A stretch of 64,000 nucleotides of DNA from Gammaproteobacteria bacterium (lineage in GTDB: Bacteria > Pseudomonadota > Gammaproteobacteria > GCA-001735895). A program made the translations under genes and the position numbers. The stretch is from NCBI GenBank assembly GCA_014382695.1, contig JACNJF010000107.1:12237-76236 (forward strand), read 5' to 3'. Each line of letters opens with the position of its first letter. Position 1 is the stretch's first letter. Below, piece after piece: positions 18,904 to 27,329 of the stretch. Below the pieces are notes generated by a model. It saw only the letters and a program-made list of their open reading frames with translations, was not told where the DNA came from and did no database searches.

Positions 18904-20226
18904 TCAGGGAAAAGCGATTTCAATCTGCTTTTGCGGTAATGGGAAAGGACTATCACCAACAAGGCGCATATTCTTCGGTGAATAACCACTAATTCTGGCT
19001 ATGGAAATTTGCGCATTTTTTATCTCTGGTGAATTCATCACCAGCTTATGATAATGCGGTGTATAACCTGCCCACTCAGCTGACGCCTGGCCCAGGGAGT
19101 TTTCCCACAGAACTTCACACTGCTGACCGATCAATTCCTGCATAGCTTTTGACTTGAGGCTAGTTGCCAGCTCATGCATCTGCTGACTACGTTGCTTTTT
19201 AACGCTATCCGGAATCTGATCAGAAAGACCGGCCGCCCTGGTTCCTTCCCGCTTTGAATAGCTGAAGATATGCATATGTCCAAAACCGATGTTTTCAACA
19301 AATTTCATGGTAGCCGCCCACTCCTGTTCAGTTTCACCCGGAAACCCGACAATCAGATCGGTCGTAATATTAAAAAACGAAATGGAGGAACGCGCTTTAT
19401 CCACCAGCCTAGCGAACTCCGCAGTTTTACAGCGCCTGGCCATGCGTCGTAGAACACTGTCCGAGCCACTTTGCAGGGGCAGATGCATATGCGGCATCAG
19501 CCTGCTGTCCTTGAATAACTCAAAAAAATTATCAGGCAGATCCCATGGCTCCACAGAGGCCAGTCGAATTCGTGGAATAGCGGTCTGATCGAGAATCGCA
19601 CTTAACAACTCGTATAAGTTGGTACCCGTATCGCTGCCATAACCACCCACATGCACACCGGTGATGACTATCTCCTGTACCCCATGCTGATGATGGCGCT
19701 TAATTTCTTCGATAATCTCCTGCTGAGTACGGCTTCTTTCTGCGCCACGCGCAACCGTCACGATACAGAAAGTACAGCGGTAGCGACAACCATCCTGTAT
19801 CTTGATAAACGCTCGATGGCGTCCTCTGGCAAAGATACTGGAGTTATCCCCTGTCTGAACGGTGTACTCAGGAAGGTCAAATTTTGCCTGCACCAATTGC
19901 AACAGATCATCTTTCTGCTGATTGGACACTACCAGATCCACACCCAGTTGCTTTTCAACCTGTTCTGTCTGTAGGCTCGCATAACAACCGGTAACCACCA
20001 GGCGTGACTGAGGATTCGATTTATGTATCCGGTTAATAAATTTTCGTGATTTACGATCCGCTTCAGCGGTAACCGAACAGGAATTAAAAACCACCAGATC
20101 AGCCTCACTACTGTCCGTGGTTAATTGGAAACCGCTTTCAATAAACTGATTCGACCAGCTTTCCAGCTCAGCTTCATTTAATCGACAGCCCAGTGCCTGA
20201 AAATTCACTTTCACTTCATCTATCAC
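18904..20226 (-). CDS. mtaB: Radical-SAM methylthiotransferase, MtaB-like (tRNA ms2t6A)
   Basis: 440 aa with an N-terminal UPF0004 Cys triad (GCRLN, NSCSVT, TGC), a radical SAM CRYRCTFC motif and a C-terminal TRAM-like region. Confidence 0.7.
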   Translation of the reverse strand: MIDEVKVNFQALGCRLNEAELESWSNQFIESGFQLTTDSSEADLVVFNSCSVTAEADRKSRKFINRIHKSNPQSRLVVTGCYASLQTEQVEKQLGVDLVVSNQQKDDLLQLVQAKFDLPEYTVQTGDNSSIFARGRHRAFIKIQDGCRYRCTFCIVTVARGAERSRTQQEIIEEIKRHHQHGVQEIVITGVHVGGYGSDTGTNLYELLSAILDQTAIPRIRLASVEPWDLPDNFFELFKDSRLMPHMHLPLQSGSDSVLRRMARRCKTAEFARLVDKARSSISFFNITTDLIVGFPGETEQEWAATMKFVENIGFGHMHIFSYSKREGTRAAGLSDQIPDSVKKQRSQQMHELATSLKSKAMQELIGQQCEVLWENSLGQASAEWAGYTPHYHKLVMNSPEIKNAQISIARISGYSPKNMRLVGDSPFPLPQKQIEIAFP

Positions 20227-20283
20227 TTATACAAATGGCGCATCATGGTATCAAAACCTGTTGCACAGAGGAATTTTATCCAT

Positions 20284-20312
20284 AAAAAAACCCGGCTTAA
20301 ACCGGGTTTAAA
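20284..20312 (-). terminator. Rho-independent terminator after soxA
   Basis: Reverse strand: AAACCCGG-TTTAAG-CCGGGTTT followed by TTTTT, about 25 nt after the soxA stop. Confidence 0.8.
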
Positions 20313-20337
20313 TTTCATCATACTTTATTATTAGTAT

Positions 20338-21180
20338 CTATTTACGAGTCGCTGGACCATTAGCTTCGATGCCTTTGGACATAACCGTTAAGAAATACTC
20401 GAGTGACTTGTATTCATCGCTTTGTGGAGGAAAAGCCTTAGCACGAATATTTTCATTACAGCCACCAAATCGACGATGCGCTGTTCCCAGCTCCTGCCAC
20501 TTTAAGCGATACACAGGGAAGTGAGACAGATTACCTAACGCAGGACTTAACAGGTCTGAACGCGCATAACCACCAGCGTTAGTAACATGACAATCAGCAC
20601 AGGCCAGATTTAGCTGCCCTCTTTTCATGTAGAACTGTTTCTTCCCCTGCTCATAGGCGGCGAGTGCCCGCTCATCATTGGGTACACCGACGTTAAAGAC
20701 TTTACCGCGAGAGTTATACGCAATATACGCGGTCAGGTCTGTTATCGGGCCCTTTTTGTACTTCAGAGGGTCCTCGTTATTGGCTTTACGACAGGCGTTG
20801 ATCTCCCCTTCGAGAGTCTTGATTTCACCCGCTGCGGTATCAAAATAAGGATACATCTGACGAATAGCTTTACCGCCATTAGGCAGGCAATCCGCATAGG
20901 TCTTACCATTGGCGAAAGGTGTATTAAACATCTTTTCACCTTTCGTTATAGATTCTTCGTAGGGGGGAAACTCTTCTGAGTTCAACCATTGGGCACGAAA
21001 ATCTTCGTTTATAGCATATACACCATCCTTGAAATCACCTTTTTTGACATTTGGGAACTTGTCATAAAAGTATTGCTGGAATGCCTTTACATCATCCTGC
21101 GGGGTTGTAGCCGTCGCGGTAACCGGAGTTATCAGACCAACAGCCAAAGCAGTTGTTACTGCAAATATTAACTTACGCAT
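20338..21180 (-). CDS. soxA: Sulfur oxidation c-type cytochrome SoxA (monohaem type)
   Basis: 280 aa with a signal peptide, a single CxxCH (CADCH) and the conserved GGCNENIRA Cys-ligand motif. Confidence 0.88.
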   Translation of the reverse strand: MRKLIFAVTTALAVGLITPVTATATTPQDDVKAFQQYFYDKFPNVKKGDFKDGVYAINEDFRAQWLNSEEFPPYEESITKGEKMFNTPFANGKTYADCLPNGGKAIRQMYPYFDTAAGEIKTLEGEINACRKANNEDPLKYKKGPITDLTAYIAYNSRGKVFNVGVPNDERALAAYEQGKKQFYMKRGQLNLACADCHVTNAGGYARSDLLSPALGNLSHFPVYRLKWQELGTAHRRFGGCNENIRAKAFPPQSDEYKSLEYFLTVMSKGIEANGPATRK

Positions 21181-21228
21181 AGTTTTTGCCTTTGTAAATT
21201 AGTTGTTTGTATGTCCTGTAAGAATTTC

Positions 21229-21540
21229 TTACGCGACTGATGCAGTTTCTGAATCTGAGTTACCCTGATTATCGACCCAGGATAGCGTCAGTGAATCACC
21301 TTTCGCACCACTGTACATAAATGACAGATAAGGATTGGTAGAAATCGCTCCACCCCAGACAGCATCTAGTACTGTTTTATCACCAGATTTTGCCATTACT
21401 TCCTGAATATGATGCGCAGGAATTAATTTACCGGTTTTCTGGTCCTTACGCAGACCTGTTTCCATCGGGTGATTGATTAATGCTTTTACCGTCACTACGC
21501 CCTTACTGGCTTTAGCGCGTAATTTTATTGAGTTTGCCAT
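21229..21540 (-). CDS. soxZ: Thiosulfate oxidation carrier complex protein SoxZ
   Basis: 103 aa with KALINHPMETG, located immediately downstream of soxY. Confidence 0.85.
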   Translation of the reverse strand: MANSIKLRAKASKGVVTVKALINHPMETGLRKDQKTGKLIPAHHIQEVMAKSGDKTVLDAVWGGAISTNPYLSFMYSGAKGDSLTLSWVDNQGNSDSETASVA

Positions 21541-21570
21541 AGTATTTTTTCCTCTTTATCTAATCCAGGG

Positions 21571-22038
21571 TTACCCGCCGCAGCCACCGATAGTGACTTT
21601 GACTTCTTTTTTATTGCCATATAGCTTGCCGCCGGATTTCACAACAGCCACTACATCACCTGTTTTACCCATTTTAATACGGGTAGAGATAAAAGCCTCG
21701 GATCCACTCAGATTAAAGGTTGCTACCAGAGGAGTACCATTCGATTCAGCCAAAATTGAAATAGACTCAACATTTGATAATGCACTGGAAACTTCAACAG
21801 TTACAGGAACTACTGAACCATTTTCAGCGATATCAGGCGCCTTAATTTCAATACCATCAGAGTGCTCAAAGCCCCCGGTGCCTAAAGCGGCGGTTAACGC
21901 AGCCGCAGTATCTTTAGCTTCAAAAGCAGCTTTTGGGTAGGCTGCCAGCACCTGGCCCGGAGTTAAAAGTCCGGCAGAGGCTGCAACACTCACCGCACTT
22001 AGCGCTAAAGTTCTTTTTAATAACGTTCTACGATTCAT
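21571..22038 (-). CDS. soxY: Thiosulfate oxidation carrier protein SoxY
   Basis: 155 aa with a Tat-like N-terminus (NRRTLLK) and the diagnostic C-terminal swinging arm GGCGG. Confidence 0.9.
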   Translation of the reverse strand: MNRRTLLKRTLALSAVSVAASAGLLTPGQVLAAYPKAAFEAKDTAAALTAALGTGGFEHSDGIEIKAPDIAENGSVVPVTVEVSSALSNVESISILAESNGTPLVATFNLSGSEAFISTRIKMGKTGDVVAVVKSGGKLYGNKKEVKVTIGGCGG

Positions 22039-22051
22039 TTATGTCAGTTCC

Positions 22052-22414
22052 TCACAGAGTAAGTATATATTCAGTAACCAGGTCAATCTGCTTCTCAGTT
22101 AATATATTATGCCGTCCAAATGGAGGCATCGGAGTAGCAGGGTTTTTGACTGTAGAGTCCCAAATCTGAGATCTCAGTACATTTTTGTCCGGGAAACGGG
22201 CTTTCATTGCAATTAATGGTGGCCCCAGATTACCGGCAGCCTGTCCACCTGCAATTACATGGCAGGTTAAACAATTGCCCAGTTTACGGTCAAATGCAAT
22301 TCTCTTACCTTCTGCAATCATATCGCCATGAGCAGCTGAAAACGCCACAGGGCTTGTAATTACACTTAGAAGAGCTACGACGGATGCCGCAGACGATAGC
22401 AAGCGAATCTTCAT
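22052..22414 (-). CDS. soxX: Sulfur oxidation c-type cytochrome SoxX
   Basis: 120 aa from the ATG at 22414, preceded by GAGGAGG; the track's TTG at 22432 lies inside that SD region. Signal peptide and a single haem motif CLTCH. Confidence 0.85.
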   Translation of the reverse strand: MKIRLLSSAASVVALLSVITSPVAFSAAHGDMIAEGKRIAFDRKLGNCLTCHVIAGGQAAGNLGPPLIAMKARFPDKNVLRSQIWDSTVKNPATPMPPFGRHNILTEKQIDLVTEYILTL

Positions 22415-22475
22415 CCGCAAATTCCTCCTCAAGAAAATTAACCAGGAACGGTTAATCAGTTAATAAAATATAGTT

Positions 22476-22504
22476 ATAATAGTGATCGAGATCATCACAT
22501 GCAA
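22476..22504 (-). promoter_or_regulatory. Candidate sigma-70 promoter of soxXYZA with a palindromic spacer
   Basis: Reverse strand: TTGCAT-GTGATGATCTCGATCAC(17 nt)-TATTAT. The spacer is the imperfect inverted repeat GTGAT-N7-ATCAC. It lies about 60 nt upstream of the soxX ATG. Confidence 0.4.
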
Positions 22505-22623
22505 AATAGAATACCGATAAATATAGCAATATCAAGATTTTATTAAGATCAGTTCTCACACAACCGCATTATTTACATAAAAAAAAGCACCCTCTTCACG
22601 GCCCCTGAAATCAATCACCCAAA

Positions 22624-23991
22624 CTATTTAGCATCCAGCTTTTCCTTGACTCTGAGTTCATTGGAGGCATCCAGTCCACCTTGAGATAACAGTGCTTTAA
22701 ACTGGGTTCTTGCCAGCTCTCTGTTTCCGCTATACCAGTGATAATGGGCCTCAAAAAACTGGCGCATGACATCATCATTCATAGCACCATATATCTTTAC
22801 CAGTGACTGATAAATCTGTGGGGCACCTGGATTTCGCCGGAGTAACTTCATTGCCCTGTTCAGGGCTTTCTGATTTTGTTTTTGAGTTAGCAGGATAGCA
22901 ACCAGTCGAACACCGATAGAAAGCTCATCCGGGTACAGTAATAGTGCCGTCTGATAAATCTCAGCGGCATCACTAATACGACCCTGAAACTCCATATTTT
23001 CAGCTAAAGCATACTTATACCAGAGACTATCGGGGTCACTTACCGTCAATCCCTGATAAAGCTGATCCGCCAGCTCAAAACGTCCATTTCTGGTATGTAC
23101 CAGAGCCTGAGAAAATCGAGACTTATTGTTACTGTGTATGCCATCAAACGGATATAGATAGAACAGGTAATCCCGGAACTGTTGATAACGTGATAGCTGC
23201 GGTTGTTTTTGTTTGCGGTTGTCCAGTCTTGCGCGTATCTCTGCGATACGATTCGAGCTCACCGGATGCGTCCGGAAGTATTCAATGTTGGCTATCTCAC
23301 CATTTTGTTCCCGTTTCTGCAGTACACCCATAAAGTCAGCCATTGCGTCCGGATCATATTTTGATTGCTTTAACAGCTCCACACCAACCCGATCCGCTTC
23401 ATACTCGTTGGCACGGGTGAAATTTATCATCGCTTGTGAGCTACCGGCTATCCCACCATACAGAATAGCTCCAGCCATATCAGGATTCTGACTGCCGACC
23501 AGGATAGCGGCCAACACTGAAATCAGACTAGCCATGTTGATTTCGCTGGCCTTTTCCAGCATCTGCATACTATGCATCAATTCGACATGCGCTATCTCAT
23601 GGGCAAGCACGGAGGCCAGCTCATCCTCTGTATCACTAACCGCAATCAGACCTGCGTTTACACCTATATAACCACCAGGGGCGGCAAACGCATTAATAGT
23701 GGAATCTTTTACCAGAAAAAAGTGGTAATCACGAAATCGAATTTCCAGAGCCGACAGCAGTGACTCCCCAATATCCTGCAGATAGCGGGATAGCAGGGGA
23801 TCTTCGATAACATAACCCTTTTCCTTTAATTTATTGTATAGCCCTTCTCCAAGCTCAACTTCTTTCTTTAAATTAATGCTGGCATTGGCTCCCAGTAAAG
23901 GCAATTCACGGTCTGCCAGTAGCACGCCTGAAAATAGTCCTGACAACCCTAAAATTAGCCACAGAATTACAACGACCGGCTTTTTCTTCAT
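22624..23991 (-). CDS. M48 family zinc metalloprotease with C-terminal TPR repeats (BepA/YfgC-like)
   Basis: 455 aa from the ATG at 23991 (MKKKPVVVILWL.. signal/anchor), with the HEIAHVE zinc motif and a TPR-like C-terminal half. The longer track ORF would overlap the divergent rhodanese gene. Confidence 0.75.
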   Translation of the reverse strand: MKKKPVVVILWLILGLSGLFSGVLLADRELPLLGANASINLKKEVELGEGLYNKLKEKGYVIEDPLLSRYLQDIGESLLSALEIRFRDYHFFLVKDSTINAFAAPGGYIGVNAGLIAVSDTEDELASVLAHEIAHVELMHSMQMLEKASEINMASLISVLAAILVGSQNPDMAGAILYGGIAGSSQAMINFTRANEYEADRVGVELLKQSKYDPDAMADFMGVLQKREQNGEIANIEYFRTHPVSSNRIAEIRARLDNRKQKQPQLSRYQQFRDYLFYLYPFDGIHSNNKSRFSQALVHTRNGRFELADQLYQGLTVSDPDSLWYKYALAENMEFQGRISDAAEIYQTALLLYPDELSIGVRLVAILLTQKQNQKALNRAMKLLRRNPGAPQIYQSLVKIYGAMNDDVMRQFFEAHYHWYSGNRELARTQFKALLSQGGLDASNELRVKEKLDAK

Positions 23992-24097
23992 AAAAATATC
24001 ACTTTCCCCGTGTAGCTTGTAACCATAAGACCTTGAAGAAAACCAAATATTAGCGTATTCTAATAAGCCTGTTTTTTGAGCCAGATCGTAAGTACTC

Positions 24098-24445
24098 ATG
24101 TTACCAATCAAAGAAATAAATGTTATCGATTTATCCAACTCATTTGAGCAGAATGATACGAATATCGAATTGATTGACATCCGTACTCCTGCAGAAGTTG
24201 CACGTGGCGTTATTCCAAACGCAAAAACCTTACCGATGCACTTAATTCCTTTAAAGCTTGATTATTTTTCAGGCACCGACAAGGAGTTTGTGATTTATTG
24301 CCGCACCGGAAGTCGCTCAGCACAAGCCTGCATGTTCTTAAATCAGCAGGGCATTAAAAACGTTTCAAATCTCCGCGGCGGCATTATGAGCTGGGCCCAG
24401 CAGGGATTAAATATCGATCTAAAACCTCAGGATTCACTGGTTTAA
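24098..24445 (+). CDS. Single-domain rhodanese sulfurtransferase (Rhd)
   Basis: 115 aa with the active-site loop CRTGSRS and the GGIMSW tail. Confidence 0.8.
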   Translation: MLPIKEINVIDLSNSFEQNDTNIELIDIRTPAEVARGVIPNAKTLPMHLIPLKLDYFSGTDKEFVIYCRTGSRSAQACMFLNQQGIKNVSNLRGGIMSWAQQGLNIDLKPQDSLV

Positions 24446-24569
24446 CAATCGAGATGACAAGTTTTCTTGCCTTTTTATTAGCATTGACTTATAAAGACGC
24501 GTCAATTTTTTATGCGGGATTAAAGTCCTGCGTTATTAACCTATAAACATTATTTGAGGAGACATATAA

Positions 24570-24800
24570 ATGGCTGATTTCGATCGTGAACTTGACGCAT
24601 CAGGACTGAATTGTCCACTGCCAATCCTACGTGCCAAGAAAACCCTGGCGGACATGGAATCTGGACAAATTTTACACATCATCGCCACAGACCCCGGTTC
24701 TGTAAAAGACTTTGAAGCTTTTGCCAAACAAACAGGCAATGAGTTGCTGTCTTCTGGTGAAGAAGGTGGGAAATTCTCATTCATGATGAAAAAATCATAA
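24570..24800 (+). CDS. tusA: TusA/SirA-family sulfur carrier protein
   Basis: 76 aa with LDASGLNCPLPILRAKK (CPxP motif) and a GAGGAG SD upstream. Confidence 0.85.
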   Translation: MADFDRELDASGLNCPLPILRAKKTLADMESGQILHIIATDPGSVKDFEAFAKQTGNELLSSGEEGGKFSFMMKKS

Positions 24801-24839
24801 GTCATTCCCTTTAAACTCTAAACTGACAGAGGTATTTGT

Positions 24840-25307
24840 ATGACTGAAAAAAAATTGGCAATCATTGCCACAAAAGGAACTCTTGACTGGGCATACCCGC
24901 CGTTCATTCTGGCGTCGACTGCCTCTGCATTAGGTTACGAGACCGAAATTTTCTTTACCTTCTATGGACTGCAATTACTCAAGAAAGACCTAAACCTTCA
25001 GGTTAGTTCTTTAGGCAACCCAGGAATGCCTATGCCAATGCCGGTACCCGTTATACTGCAGGCATTACCCGGCATGCAAAGCATGATGACCATGATGATG
25101 AAGCAGAAAATGAAGTCAAAAGGTGTTGCCAGCGTAGAAGAGTTACGCGAACTCTGTGTAGAAGCAGAAGTAAGACTGGTAGCCTGTCAGATGACAGTCG
25201 ATCTGTTTGAGTTCGACACCAAGGACTTTATCGACGGCATCGAATACGGCGGCGCCGCAACTTTCTTTGAATTTGCCGGTCAGTCTGATATCTGCATGTA
25301 CATCTAG
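24840..25307 (+). CDS. DsrE2-like (DsrE/DsrF/DsrH-like family) protein
   Basis: 155 aa with the DsrE-fold N-terminus (LAIIATKGTLDW), a conserved Cys in RLVACQMT and a Met-rich insert. Sits in the known rhd-tusA-dsrE2 order. Confidence 0.7.
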   Translation: MTEKKLAIIATKGTLDWAYPPFILASTASALGYETEIFFTFYGLQLLKKDLNLQVSSLGNPGMPMPMPVPVILQALPGMQSMMTMMMKQKMKSKGVASVEELRELCVEAEVRLVACQMTVDLFEFDTKDFIDGIEYGGAATFFEFAGQSDICMYI

Positions 25308-25345
25308 CTAATATCACAGGTTAACACCCGGACTCTTGAGTTCAC

Positions 25346-25376
25346 AAAAAGCCGCTACTTTAGCGGCTTTTTTTAT
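25346..25376 (+). terminator. Rho-independent terminator after dsrE2-like gene
   Basis: AAAAAGCCGCTA-CTT-TAGCGGC followed by TTTTTTT. Confidence 0.85.
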
Positions 25377-25577
25377 TCCTGCAACTATACCCATTCAACA
25401 GGCACTGTCATTTCAGCCGCCACTCATATCGATCGTCACCACAAGCTCGGTGAGCAGGAAAAATTCACGATATATTCCTCTGTAATAGCGTTACATAGTT
25501 AAATTAAGAGTGCATTCGCAAAGCAACCGTAATAAACTTTCCGGTTTGGTATTTACATTTATTTTCGAGGAAAAACG

Positions 25578-27329
25578 GTGGAATTATCCGGTTCTGAAAT
25601 CATTGTACAGTTTTTGAAAGACGAGGGTGTGGAGCATATTTTTGGCTACCCCGGCGGAGCTGTACTGCATATCTATGACGCCATTCACAGACAGGATGAC
25701 GTGAAACACATTTTGGTAAGGCATGAACAGGGGGCAACACATGCCGCCGATGGCTATGCCCGTGCAACCGGTAAACCAGGAGTGGTTTTAGTCACCTCGG
25801 GCCCCGGTGCAACCAACGCCATTACCGGTATAGCCACGGCTTATATGGACTCTATCCCGATGGTAGTTATCTCAGGACAGGTTCCAAGCGGTATGATCGG
25901 TAGTGATGCCTTTCAGGAAGTCGATGCGATCGGCGTATCGCGCCCCTGTGTAAAGCATAATTTTCTGGTCAACGATATTAACAAGCTGGCTATAACCCTG
26001 AAAAAAGCGTTTTATGTTGCGACCACAGGCCGCCCTGGTCCGGTCTTGATCGATATCCCCAAGGATATCACCGCACCGCATATCAAGATCAGTTATGAAT
26101 ACCCAAAGCAGGTCAGCCTGCGCTCTTACAATCCCACGGTAAAAGGCCACCCCAAGCAGATTAAAAGGGCGGCAGAGCTGTTGCTATCAGCCAAACGCCC
26201 GATGATTTACAGCGGTGGCGGAGTGATACTGGGCAATGCCTCGGAAGAGTTACGCAAGGTCACACGCCTGCTAGGCTTTCCCATCACTCAAACCTTGATG
26301 GGACTGGGCGCCTATCCCGGTACCGACAAGCAAAATATCGGTATGCTGGGCATGCATGGCACCTATGAAGCGAATATGGCGATGCACGAATGCGACGTTT
26401 TATTCGCGATCGGTGCACGCTTTGATGACCGCATCACGGGCGACACCAGTAAATTCTGCCCCAAGGCAAAAATTATTCATATTGATATCGATCCCGCATC
26501 CATTTCGAAAACGATCAATGTCGACATTCCTATCGTTGGTGAAGTCAAGCAGGTGTTAACCGACCTGTATCAGATACTGGAACAGTCAGCGGAGAAACCC
26601 GACCAGAAGGCGCTGAAGAACTGGTGGACCAGGATCAACTCCTGGCAACAGCAGGATTGTCTGGCGTATGATCATACCAGTAAACACATCAAGCCGCAGA
26701 GTGTTATAGAAGCACTCTACGAAGTGACCGGTGGAAATGCTTATGTCACCTCCGATGTGGGCCAGCACCAGATGTTTGCAGCTCAGTTTTATCCGTTTGA
26801 CGAGCCACGGCGCTGGATCAATTCGGGTGGACTCGGTACCATGGGATTCGGTTTACCGGCAGCGATGGGCGTTAAAATGGCGTTCCCTCAGGCCGAAGTA
26901 GCCTGTGTCACCGGTGAAGGCAGTATCCAGATGTGCATCCAGGAGCTTTCGACCTGCCTGCAATACGATTTGCCGGTTAAAATCATTAACCTGAATAACC
27001 GTTATCTAGGCATGGTTCGTCAATGGCAGGAGTTTTTCTACGAAAAGCGCTATTCGCACTCCTACATGGATGCCCTGCCTGACTTCGTCAAACTGGCCGA
27101 AAGCTATGGCCATATCGGTATCCGTGTAGAAGATCCGGCTGACCTGAAAGCCGCCATGCAGGAAGCCTTTTCGCACAAAGACCGTGTCGTCTTCCTCGAC
27201 GTCATCACCGATCAGACCGAAAATGTATACCCGATGATTCAGGCTGGTGCGGCACATAACCAGATGGAAATATCTCCTGTGCACAAAAAACGTCTGGGAT
27301 CGATTAACCCTGAAGGAGAACTTTCCTGA
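25578..27329 (+). CDS. ilvI: Acetolactate synthase large subunit
   Basis: 583 aa from a GTG start, with ThDP-enzyme motifs (GYPGGA.., GG.GTMGFGLPAAMG). The stop overlaps the small-subunit start. Confidence 0.9.
   Translation: MELSGSEIIVQFLKDEGVEHIFGYPGGAVLHIYDAIHRQDDVKHILVRHEQGATHAADGYARATGKPGVVLVTSGPGATNAITGIATAYMDSIPMVVISGQVPSGMIGSDAFQEVDAIGVSRPCVKHNFLVNDINKLAITLKKAFYVATTGRPGPVLIDIPKDITAPHIKISYEYPKQVSLRSYNPTVKGHPKQIKRAAELLLSAKRPMIYSGGGVILGNASEELRKVTRLLGFPITQTLMGLGAYPGTDKQNIGMLGMHGTYEANMAMHECDVLFAIGARFDDRITGDTSKFCPKAKIIHIDIDPASISKTINVDIPIVGEVKQVLTDLYQILEQSAEKPDQKALKNWWTRINSWQQQDCLAYDHTSKHIKPQSVIEALYEVTGGNAYVTSDVGQHQMFAAQFYPFDEPRRWINSGGLGTMGFGLPAAMGVKMAFPQAEVACVTGEGSIQMCIQELSTCLQYDLPVKIINLNNRYLGMVRQWQEFFYEKRYSHSYMDALPDFVKLAESYGHIGIRVEDPADLKAAMQEAFSHKDRVVFLDVITDQTENVYPMIQAGAAHNQMEISPVHKKRLGSINPEGELS

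Noticed and set aside
21473-21940. 155-aa plus-strand ORF across soxZ/soxY
   Set aside because: It is antisense to soxY and soxZ, which carry diagnostic motifs (GGCGG). The translated product is Pro/Thr/Ser-rich with no features.
22560-22623. T8 run after the M48 protease stop as a terminator separating it from soxX
   Set aside because: I could not find a convincing GC-rich stem immediately upstream of the T-run, so it is not annotated. Read-through from the protease gene into soxXYZA remains possible.
23992-24180. 63-codon N-terminal extension of the M48 protease ORF given by the track
   Set aside because: The extension would overlap the divergent rhodanese gene (24098-24445) and lacks coding character. 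The ATG at 23991 is followed by a typical signal/anchor sequence (MKKKPVVVILWLILGL).
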